From Epiperipatus broadwayi (Eukaryota > Animalia > Onychophora), in assembly GCA_028023455.1 (NCBI GenBank), contig JAQFVV010000003.1, forward strand, positions 19,034,001 to 19,098,000: a DNA stretch of 64,000 bases, in the 5' to 3' direction. The notes beneath the pieces are model-generated. The model worked only from the letters and a program-made list of their open reading frames with translations, searched no databases and was not told the DNA's origin. Shown one piece after another: positions 11,831-23,941 of this stretch (positions are counted from its first letter, which is position 1; each line of letters begins with the position of its first letter). Both the position numbers and the translations under genes were made by a program.

Positions 11831-12882
11831 AGAAAAGGAATGGGAAAATATTGTAAGCTATAAAAATGTGGATTTGGAGCAAAATAGTAAAATTAGAAAA
11901 CAAGTTTAGATACATAGTTATATTGAAAAAAGTTAATGAAAAAGATTAATTATTAAAAAAATTTATAAAAGATACTGGATTGGACATGAATGTAGAATAT
12001 TTATGAAGGAAATATTTTAACTGTAGATGTGTAAACAAGTTGATGGATGGCTTTATGGAAAGTGGTAAATATGACTTAAAAAACAATGATAGTACTTTGA
12101 GAAAGTAGTATATGACCTACTTTTTGAGCAGGTATTAATAATGTTTAAATACAAAAATTAAGAAATAATAAAAAAAGTCATACATTGTGAAATTTTCTTC
12201 AGTTGACTAACTATATAATTAATAGTGTAATTTTAAATTTAGGAAGATATGAAAAAAATAAGATTATTAATTAAATTTTAAAATCCTCTTGGTCAAATTT
12301 TAATTTGATGGTGAGTGATAGATATTTTATATTAATTATATAAAGATTTCAAATAAAATTTACATAACTACAAAACAAATGAATTTGAATATAAGCGAGT
12401 ATACTTAAATACCACTAATAATAATAATATAGTATAGCTATGATTATGGTACACATTGTATTGAAAGTGTGCTCAGTATGAACAAAGCCATTTTTAAAAA
12501 TAACATCTACTTTTTCTTAATAAATGTCTGAACATTTATATGTTTAAAATAACAAGTGCAGTGAAAAGAGATGATATTAAATGAATTACATATATATTGT
12601 ATTCTTTAGCTGCATCTCCTGTTTCTCTCTTTTTTTTTATATTTCTTTTTGATATCTTTTGCTGTTGTTCTCTCTAGTTTGATTGATAGACAATCTTTGT
12701 TTAATTTTATTTGAAATTCAAACAGAATTAAATTAGAACATTACTAACTAATCGAAGCTTTGGCAAAAAAAATAAAAAATTGAAACTATAATTTTAAAAA
12801 TATATCATGATATACTATACAAAGATAGCTGGTAGAAAAAAGCAGCAATTGACTAACTACAAAAGATAAGCATAAATAACCC

Positions 12883-15800
12883 AACAATAAAAAGATTATT
12901 TTTTCATACATAAAGAAAACTCAAGAATTAAAAAAAAATTATATTACCTTTATTTTAATTCTCTAAGTGAAGGGGAAATGTAAGATGAGACCTTACATAC
13001 CATCAAAAAATCCACATGCCTACATCTATCTTAAAGACTTATCACTAATAAAAACCAATTTAGGTCACAACCTAAATATCAATACCCTTCATGCTTAACA
13101 CTAGTTGAATTAATATGCTGAATTGTGACAATTTAATGACTTCGTTTTGTAATTGAATTTATTATAGGGGGTGGGGGAATTAATTTTTTTTTGTGTGGTA
13201 AGGTTTCAATATTCAGGCATTGTATGTCCCGTGAATTTTTTCTCCACAATCTAACCAATACGCATTTGGGCCTGCACACTTGATAGTAAATGATCGTTCA
13301 TATTGCAGAACTTATGAAATATAAACTTTTATGGTTTACTGACATGTAGGCATTTTACGAACACTTTATCCCCTATTTTTAATTGGTAATTTGACTTTTT
13401 TTATTGTGGTTTTGGGTCATTTGTACCATCTTTTTGAATGTCTCCTTCCAATCTCTTTCAGAGTCTATAGGTGGTTGTGTTTTTGTGATTATTGGTATGT
13501 ATTTTTGAAATAAGATTGGAATGTTTTGGTTCAATTGTAGTCTAATGAGTATTGCAACAGAAACCAGGTTTGAACCCTATTACAAGTTAAATGGATTCTA
13601 AGTAGCCATGCATATGTAGATATGGTAATTAGACACATATTTTAAGGTATATATTTGATTATGTCAAAATGATTAAATAAACTAAAACTGGCTTAAAGAT
13701 GGAATCAAGCAGTAACAAATGCTGTGATTTCTGTTGACATCATGCTTATAATTTTTACACAATTTAAAAAAGAAAAAAATTCAACAAATCAGCTGACACA
13801 AACAAATGACTCACTACAAAGACTCAATCCGGTTAAATAAGATTCAAAGTTATCAAATATGCTTAAAAGCCAAGCCAGTAAATGGGAATTATTTTGGTTC
13901 ACTAACCAGAAAGACCAAATGAGATCTTAGCTATAAATTTTTATGGACCCTTACCTCCATCAAATAAACAAGTATCTATTACTAGCTTATGATCTCTTCA
14001 AAATTTGTGTCAGCTTACTCAATGCCCCAAACTAATATTAGACATACTATCAAAATATTAGACATCCTCCATCTTAAAGAGAGGAAAATCTAAGGTGATC
14101 TTAATCGATTGTGGTATACTTTCCTATTTAAAGAATGGAATGGGTAGAGAAACACCAAATAAAACATGCTTCTATTAGAAATCCACAGACAAACCCGTAT
14201 GAACATCTAATGTGGAAACATTAAAGGGTCGGCAAAGCACACACATAGCACAGTCGACTACATAAATTGGAGTGTTAACAAATGCAAGAGATTCACACCC
14301 TTTAGACTACAATTGAACCATTTTGGGCACCATTGTAACGGGTTACCTCCCTTTCCCAAGTGCTTGGTTGGATTTACACTATCTAAATAAAATATTTCTC
14401 TTTATATTATATTTACCAATGACAAGATTTATTCATGAGCAAAACCATTTAAACCACTGAGATGGCCTTATAAACCTGGAGGCAAGTTATTTTAAAACTT
14501 CATCTCCCAAAGAACAAAATTAAAGAGTAGACATAATGATATATGTATATAGATACTCGGCCTTAGTTTCTCATAATTACTAATTAACTTTTTCCTAACA
14601 ATATATTTATGGACATTGCCCCCCCCCCGACTCCAAATGCTGGTCCTATGCTTGCATAAGAATTATACTGAAAGTGTCGAGGAGCATAATCATAGTGTGA
14701 TAATGAATGCCTGACCTCTAGCTAGCTTATTCAGGGCAGGTAGTACTTAGACTGACAGAGACGTGATATTTAAGGTAGTATGAATCAAATTATTCAATAA
14801 CTAAAAGCATATGTACATTTTTAAACTAAATAAATAATTATGAAATATATAAATAACAGTGCTCAAATATATATATATTTACAGACAAAATTGTTAGTTA
14901 TTACAAATATTAAAGTTTATTTTTAATATTACTAGTATGATTTAATATAAAGAAATTACAATCTATAAATATAATATTGAGAATGTGCATGATTATAAGT
15001 CTGGAATAACATATGTATTACCTTTGGATCCCCAGAGAAATTAGATTGTTCAGATTCCTAAAGAAAGTAAGCATATTCAGGAAACACTATGGCCACAGAA
15101 ATTGTTCAGAAAGAATATCTTTGCCTTTTAAAATTTTCGACGGCACAATGCTGAATCAGGATACTTGCAGAGATGCAGATGGATGGATGCGTATTTTTTT
15201 TTTTGCTTTGGATAGATATAGGATCATATAGCAGCTTTTTGTTTTCTTTGTGGAGCAGTGGGATACCCAGCATGTTTAGGACTTTACCCCAACATATTCA
15301 TGTTAGCTGGCAAATATATATTTTCTTCCAAAATCATAAGTTAAAAATCTCCAATATCAATTTATACACAGTAGCGGAAATATCAGCAGAATAACTAAAT
15401 TCGGTCTCCTGATTTTTCTATTTATACCTTTTATTTTTCTAGAAAGTTCTATTCTCTTCAAAATGTTCGATATTAAAATTAAATCTTATCCTGTGTGATC
15501 TTAGGTATGGCTTCTTTTGTCTTATTCTTTTTTTTTTTACAAAGAAAACCTTTTAGCAAGTTTTTTTTCTATCTTAAAAAGTTTCATTAGACACCTTTAA
15601 AAATAACTTTAAACAATACCTACTGTAAAAGCATTCCATGGATAACATTTGTTTCATTTCACATCATTTACATATTTGCTTTTAAAATAAAATTATACAC
15701 ACAATTTAAAAAAAAATACAATATATGGTTTTCCAGAAGATTCTTTTTTGTACATTTGATTATATAATATATACATACACATATTCCATTAAAATAAATA

Positions 15801-18800
15801 AACACCCCCATTCCCACTCCTTAAAATGATATATCAAATTTGAAATCGGATAAAATTTGAATTTTTTATTAACATTTTTATTAATAGGTGCATTTAATTT
15901 TTTTATTTTCTGGTCAGTTTTCTAGCTTACCTGAGGATGATAGAGGCAGAAAATCTTTATCGGCCTTGCTATTACATAAAAGTTAAAAATACACTGATAA
16001 TTCGGATATTAAGGCCTTCAATGTGATATAAACGTAATTGCGGAATATCAGTCGTCAGTTAATTTTTTAATTATTTGAATATTTAAATTTTTTTTTTTAA
16101 TTATTGATAAACAAAATATTAATTTGTTTGCATTTGTATTGGTGTGTGAGTAGTATATAAATTATATAATATTAAATCATTTACGCTCTTTATTTTGCAG
16201 TATATAAATTTATATTCAAATATAACAAAGGTGATTTTTGTACAGTGTAATTTTGGGTCTCTGATCCAAGTTTGAGGCAACCTTATTTTATAGCATAATG
16301 ATTCTCAAAAAGTTTAATTTATTGTGTTTATATTTACCTTTGCAGTTGCATATTTGTGATATAGAGCAGTGCAATGTAAATTTTAAGACTGATTATCAAA
16401 TGACAGAAAGATTGCAGTTGATAAAGCAATCACAAAAATTACTGGGCATAGTACCATGTGAAAATATACACTTAAAAACAATAAAGAGAGATTTCAAATG
16501 GTGTGTGTGTAGAGGTAGCCACAATGGTTAAGCATATACCACATGGAATTGTTTGCAGGCAAAGAATCAAATTCTGATTCTTGCCTATGCCTTGATACTC
16601 ATGCTGTCTTGCATCACATTATTTGCAAGTCTATAGCTAGTAAATGAGCTATGTTCAAATAAATTATATCTCTGTGGGACAATAAATATAACAAGATAGC
16701 ATCACTGGTATGCATAAATATAAACATCGCTGATGTACACAAAAAATATAAAGAGATGAAACTCATTTTATCAGTGATGCAGACAGTAGCCTACAATTTA
16801 TAGTTTTAGATAGACAAGAAGCTTATTACTATAATGACAAATGCATATCCATCTTCTGGAAATGATTTGTTTTGTATCTTTTATATACCTTTGAGATTTA
16901 TTAACTTTTGGGTATAAGATAAAAATGAATTCTTATGCGAATAGTTTTGGAGATTCTGAAGCTATGGATTATCTCAGGTAAGAAGTATTATATATGATTT
17001 AAAAGATAATTTTGTGAGGAATACAAAGAAATTATCAATGAAGATGTAATTTAAACTTAGTTAATGATAAATTAGAAATTAACAAACAATAAAGTAATAA
17101 TTACGTCGGACATTAAAAAATTTTTTTCCTGATAGTAAAGTTTTTTGCTCTAATATTATTAAAACTGAAGTTATTGTGAAAATTGTCTCAGGTCAGTTTT
17201 TTTTTAAAATTCAATATGGCGCCCGGAGAATCAACAAGTTAAGATGTCTTTGTATATTCTAGGTCAATAAAACCCATTTTTCATAGTTTGTTGTTTTGTG
17301 GGCTCCATAGTGCCCATATAAATAATATACCTATTGTACAAGTGGATTTTTAATATTTCAGTTATTATTATCCTCCACCCATCTGTATCATTGTACAATT
17401 TGTATTTCAAGACCTTATTGTCTAACTTGTATTGTTAGATTATTGGCCATGTACATAATTTCCTCTTTGGTTAATGTTTTAATGATTGGGCTCAGATCTT
17501 TATCTTGATTAATGTAGGTATTATCTACCAATAAGTGTTGTTCTGATCTACATGGATTTCAACTTACATCAGCTACAATGTTTTCAGATCCCTTACAATA
17601 TTTGTCTGTATAGTTGAATTCTTGTAATACCAAGCTCCATCTAACAAGGCGAGTATTAAGTTGCTGTGATTTAAGAATTTGAAGTTTTTGTGATCACTAT
17701 TACCTCTGATCCGAGAAGTATATCAAAATTTCTGAAAAGCCCACACTATTGCCAGAACTTCCTTCTCAGTAACTGTATAATTTATTTCTGGACTCTTTAA
17801 GAGACAGCTAATAAAATAGGACTCCTGTCTAGCTGTCCTCCTGGATTTGGGATAGTTATTCCTAGTCAATAACCATAGCAATCTGTTTGGATGATAAATG
17901 GTTTATTAAAATCAGGAAAAGCTAACATGGTTTGCTTTAAAAATCATAATTTAATTTTAGTGAACGCCTCATCTTGTTCTTCAATCCAGTTCCATTTCTC
18001 ATCTTTTCTTACGAGTTTCAGTAACAGTTCATGATGAGAAAAATTTTGGTAAAAACGATTATAAAAATACATAGTCCTAAAAATGATCTTTGTTTTTGGG
18101 TTTAGAATTCTTTATAGTACTAATTTTATCAGGATGAGGTCTAATCCCATTGCAACTGATGATATGACATAAGGTTACTTCATTACATATTACAGTACTC
18201 TTCTTGAAATTGATTTTTATCCCTTTATCATAGCACTCTTTAAACAATTTTTTTTAGATGTTTTTCAATAGTAGATGATGCAATTATATCATCTATATAT
18301 ATAGTTGGTATTTGTTTGATCTCAGGAGATAGGGTTTTATCCAAACATCTTATTAGGCCAGCACCAATATCAATCCAAATGCTATCCTATTAAATTGGTA
18401 AGTAAATCCTTCATATTGGAATGCTGTATATTGGCGATCTTCTGGATTGAATGCTATCTGCCAATAAATAGAGTTAAATTGAAAGTCAAAAATATTTTTA
18501 TTTCCAAATAATTTGTGTATGGGCAGTGATATCTTATCGACCCATATTTCTTTTCCACTGTTACAATTAGGTTGCAATATAGCGAAGAGCATTTGGAAAT
18601 TATATCCCAATCAATCATTTTATTGATTTATTTGGATATTTCTTTCAGACATTGGTATGGGATAAGATAGGATTGAAATGATTGGTCACGATATAATTTT
18701 ATTATTTGTTGGAATACTCCTGGTATTTCAGAGAATATCGTATTGTACTCATCAATGATAAATCACAACTTATTTACATCATCACTTCTAATTAAATTTG

Positions 18801-21456
18801 ACTGCAATTTGTTTTTTTAAGTGCTTCAGGGATATTTGATAACATGCAATCAATTTCAGGTAGGTCATATTTTGGAAATAATGTCATCTCTCTACCCTGA
18901 CTAACTTATTTGGGAAATCAATCATACATTGGTTTATATGTAAGAAGTCTGCCCCTACAATGACTTCATTTAACAAAAAAGACATGATAGACGATTGTTT
19001 GCTGATCTTTAATTTGATCCAGATTTGTTTTTGCACTAGTTTGTCTTTTCTATTGTTAGCCATGGTCAACCTGTACTGATCTAAGCGGTAGGGTCTTCTT
19101 AATTGGATTTTTATTTAAAATTTTATCATAAACTGTATTAGAAATTACTATTTGGCTACCAGTATCTAACAAAGCCTTAACTAGTAAATCCTCAAACAAT
19201 ATTTCTATCATGGGACAACTTTGTAAAGCATAATTGGGTGCTTTATCTTCCCATGAACACATTAAGTTAGTGATTTCCCTATTTACTGTTTTACTTTTGT
19301 TCTTTTTTAATAGGGTTCCTCAAGATGAGGAACTATGCCTCAAGTATCACTTTAATTTAAGAATAGTTTTATTACACCCAGATTTTGACTGTTTTTGTGG
19401 GCTGTTGGATTTGTAATATGGTTGATATTGTCTATATATTATCATTTATTCTTCTGTAGTTGCTGTTGTGAATTTGATTTGACTTTCCCTTCTAATGATA
19501 GGGATCATTATTATTTTTCTTTTTTGTAACTTATAGCATTTACTGATATTTCTTCTTTCCTTTTTATGAGTATCTTATTTATCATATTATGATTGTTTAT
19601 GTCAATAGATCTGCAACCTGTTCAATGTTTTGGGCATTAATACAGAATAAAGATTACTCTATTTTTAATGGGAGATTATATTAACAATCCTAATTATTTG
19701 ACTTTCACTCAAATGGTAAGTATTTAAAGTTTTCAATTTTGCCGCTTGTTGCCTAAAAAAATTAGTTAAGGTTTTTCCAGGGGCATTTCTATATTTTTCA
19801 TGGAATAGTTGATACAACAATACTTCTTGTCAATCTTTATTCCAAAAAATTTTTTAATAGTAAAGCTTGGTAGTCATCAAAAATGGATGGTATTTGAAAT
19901 AATGACTCCCACCACGATAGTGCATCACCTTGTATGAGACTCTAAACTACTTATCAATTTTTCTTCTTCTGAGAGGTTAGTGTTGACTGAGAAGTATAAA
20001 TCCAGACATCTCAAATGTTCAATGAGAGCCTCATTTGTAAAGCCTTTGAACATTAAGTTTCACAAACTGATTAATAGTATTCATTTGAGCGTAGTTAATT
20101 TTATTGATTACTTCATTTGGGTTTTTATAATTGGCCATATTATTTCATCATTAATATCTCCCTTTTGTCTTCCATGCTATAGATTTGAGGTAAATTCTCA
20201 GTTTCTTGATAAATCTGGTACGGATCATTCATTTTATTTTGTTTGGCATCCATGCTATCAACTTTTTTAATGATAAGATCTACTTTTTCTCTACTTTTCA
20301 GATGTTTTACCCTTTTGAACATTCTGGATTTGTTTTTCTTTTAATATTTGTAATTTATAAGATACTTCCGATTCTAAATTTTTGATCTATTGAGCTGTTT
20401 ATTCTAATTGGGTTTGTAAATTATTTTGACTCTCAATTAACTTTTCATCATTGTTTTTATTTTGGGTGATTTCAGCTTCAATTAATTTTTGTTTAATCCC
20501 AATACACATCATTTTCTACTAAATTAATCAATTTTTTTTTTATAAATTTCTAATTTATTATCTTATTCTTTTATAGAACGATTCATTTCTAAATGTACTT
20601 TCTCTATTTCCTTATCTATCCTTTCTGGTATTGTTTCTGATTTTCTAGTATTTCAGTTTAGAAATTATAGGTTTGTATTATTTAGTTAAATTTATCAATT
20701 TGATTTCTGATTCAATAAATCTTGTTTGACATTTATGGTCTCTTTTATCAATATCTTTTTTTATTTCTGTTTTCAATTCAAAACATAGTTTAGATAAATC
20801 ATTATTTTGTTTTGTCATATCTGATATCTCATATTTTTCAATTCTAATTTCAAATCCTCACTTTGTTTTTGATCATATTCATTGATAAATTTTGTATCAT
20901 CATCATCAATTGATTGAGAACAGCATCATTTGTTTGTTCTTTCTTCCTTTTGTATCTCTATATTCATTATTATCTCTTGGGAAGAAATATTTTCCAATAT
21001 AGTACACCCAGATGTACAAGTATTTTCTTCTAGATTTTCAAGAACAGAAATATCTATATTCTAAAAGAATCAATCTCTTGTGTTTCAAATTCAATCTCAA
21101 CTTCATTACTAGTTTCTAATTCCCTCATCCCATATGTATTATAATTTTATTTAATTGTTTTTTTTTCATTTAACTTATTACTTCGCAACATTAAATTTTA
21201 TTTCTCTAATTTGTTTAATCGACTGACTATCGGACTATTTTATTTATGTTAATTAAATTTTATTTATCTATTTCCAATTCATCACACATTCGCATATAAT
21301 ACTATAACAATCTGCTTTCAACCCTCTAAAATTCGGTGCCATAACAATAAAAAGATCTTTTTCTCATACATATATAAAATTTGAGAATTAAAGAAAATTA
21401 TATTATTTTTATTTTAATTCCCTAACTGGAGGGGAAATGTAAGGTGACACCTTACA
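12883..21456 (-). mobile_element. Decayed Ty3/Gypsy LTR retrotransposon with ~115-bp LTR-like direct repeats and a rearranged integrase
   Basis: Coiled-coil gag-like region ~20.0-21.1 kb; protease ALLDTGSQ (~19170); RT YWQIAFNPEDRQYTAFQYEGFTYQFNRIAFGL (18353-18610); RNase H ~17.55-17.95 kb; integrase HHCC start GHYGAHKT..FYWPRIYKD (~17250-17320); integrase C-terminus GDKVFVK..GPNAYWL..HGTYNA.ILKPY (~13190-13540). Direct repeats at 21342-21456 and 12883-12997. PBS-like tggcaccgaa follows the 21342 end. No TSD or clear PPT seen. Confidence 0.8.
13815..14320 (+). pseudogene. Inverted integrase-core segment of the 12.9-21.5 kb Gypsy element
   Basis: Plus-strand translation, with frameshifts: SYQICLKAKP..RPNEILAINFYGPLP..GKSKVILIDCG..KEW..SIRNPQTNPYE..FTPFRLQLN, i.e. 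an rve core on the strand opposite to the rest of pol. Confidence 0.8.
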
Positions 21457-22797
21457 ATATATATATACCTACAGCAATATACATATATGATACAATATGA
21501 ATACATAAAACATATACAAAATAATAACATATAGAGTATGTACATATGCCCATAATAATTTAAAAATTAGTACTATACATATTAAATAACCATCAACATA
21601 AAAAAATAATAATGAAAATATAAAATATCTTACACAATTTTATTTAAACCATTATAAATATGGCCACTTTTTTTAATTGTGCTTCTGAATTTTTTTTAAA
21701 AAAAAATTCCTTTTAAATTTCTCTTAGCTTTTAAAATTCTTATAGCATTATCAAAATTAGTTAATTGAAAATTCAGTGGAAATCAAAACAGTGCCACACA
21801 AAATCATCTAAAGCTTTGTCTGTTCTTCCTTTGAATGTATAAAAAAAGTTTTTCAATTTTTCACAATTTTAAATAATAAATACTATATAATTAATATTAA
21901 TTTTTAAAACATAATTATTGTAATATTAAAACTATCCATAAACTGTAAATTCACATCAAATACATGTTGCGGATAATAATAGTAATTCAGGGAGATTTAT
22001 TGATACTGGGGAAGCCACTGAACCACTATTGAAAATAACAAGCAGTAAATAGAAAAAGTAACGGAAATGTTTTTTTTTTTGTTTGCAAAAATAAAGAAAA
22101 GTAATGTGGTTATATAAACAAAATTAAATAAAATGCCTAGTGTGTAATTTTTTCAGAAATACTACAACTGACAGACAGCTAGAAAATTTAGAAAGTTAAT
22201 TAAACAAATAAATGAGAACAAAAATATGAATTATTTGTGGAAATATGAATTTACTTCTACAATTTTTTTTTAAAAATTAGAGATTACAAATAAACAAGAA
22301 AAAAATATGAAATGAGTTGTTCAAAGTAATTTCTAAAAATAAAAGGCCACAAAATGTTAAAATCCTATAGTGTTGAGGGATATAGTTTTATTTTTTTGGA
22401 TTTATCACTGCTTTCAGGCCAAGCTAAATTTGTTGGTTTGTAGAATTGGTCTTTTGCAAGATTTTGTTAGTTTATAGAAGTTTTCTTTTTGAGGGTTTAA
22501 TTTAATTTAAGACGTTTTCAGGTCAAGCATCAGCTAGATTTTTTGTATCTTTACAGAGATGATAAAATAACAAAAATTAGTATGTAAAGATTTTTTGTGA
22601 GACTATAGCAGGAACAAAAAAATAAAATCAAAGAAAATGATCAATTTCTTCCTTGATCAAAATATAGTGAAAAAATTTTCTGTGTGTTTCAATTTGTTGT
22701 GTGTGTATAATTAAAACACATACATGCAACGTAATAATAAATATGAATTTAATATTTAAACGTATGTACATGTATAATTCATGTATAAAAATACTTC

Positions 22798-23941
22798 CGT
22801 TAATTTTTATGCGGTAGATAGGTTCCACAGAAAACCCGCATTAAAAAAATCCCACAAAAATACTTAACTTACATTGAAAAATGTGGGACACGTCCCTTAA
22901 TTTTCAGAAATCGCATAAAACCAAAGCAACAAGGTAAAATTACTTTAAAATTTGCATTAAAAAAAATAAGGAAATAAAGTATGAATAAAAAAAAATTTCA
23001 AATATTTGAAAAAAATTGATACAAGACAAACTTTTTTTATTAACTATTTAATTTTATTCAAAACAATATGTTTTTATGTGTAATTTATTTTACATTTTTT
23101 CATACATATTTTAATCGTTATCGCTATTTGACAACACGTGGGTTTGTTTGTGAACTGGTAAGAAATCAGATTCGTCACAAAAAAAAAAAACAATTAGTGC
23201 CAACATCAGTCTCGTGCTGTGTTAATGGTTTTCTGTCAACAATGTAATCGGTAATTAAACTTTGAGATGATGATTTTACTAATTCTTTATGAAGCTCATG
23301 ATATCCAGACTGTTATGTCTAACTGTTAGAGAATGCACTTCCACGAGTGTGTTAATAATGACTAACGATTAAATTTTCTTTTATACACATACATACAAGG
23401 AGAAACTTTTAGACAGAAAAAAGTTACAAGTAAAAACATTTAAGAACTTTTAAAGATACATTCTTTTTAAGTAGAAACTAAAAGTTCTTAAATATTTTTA
23501 CTTGTAACTTTTTAATGTCTAAAAGTTTCTCCAGGTATATATGTGTCTAAAAGAAAATATAAACATACACATACATACAACTATTTAGCTCTTGTTGGAA
23601 TTTAAGAGCTTATTCATAATTCATGTCATTAACAAAAAATGATTTTCCAATTGATATAAAGTTGAAGACTTTCTCGAATCAATTTTGCTGTGAAACGAAC
23701 ACGTTTCACGTTTCACTTCTAAATCTTTTACGGTATCCAAATTTATCGCCAAACCTTTTTCCAACAGGCATTTAAAGTATGTAAAATTTAATGCGTGTAT
23801 ATAAAATGGGGAAATTCCGATTTTAAGTGAAATATGAACTTCTTTATCGCATAAAAGAAACCCTCATAAAAAGATATTAAGAAGAAATATGAATTGCATT
23901 AAAAAAATCCACACAAAAAGAGACCTAGGTGTATTAAATAA
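22798..23941. mobile_element. ~1.15-kb unidentified insertion within the 5' LTR
   Basis: Absent from the 3' LTR, where tacttc is followed almost directly by atgaaaaagcgaa. It carries the direct sub-repeat gcattaaaaaaatcc.cacaaaaa (~22839 and ~23896) and an internal hairpin. Confidence 0.7.
23374..23557. repeat. MITE-like hairpin with ~80-bp inverted arms
   Basis: ggagaaacttttagaca..aaaagttacaagtaaaaa.atttaagaactttta pairs with taaaagttcttaaatatttttacttgtaactttt..tgtctaaaagtttctcc; spacer ~30 bp. Confidence 0.85.
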
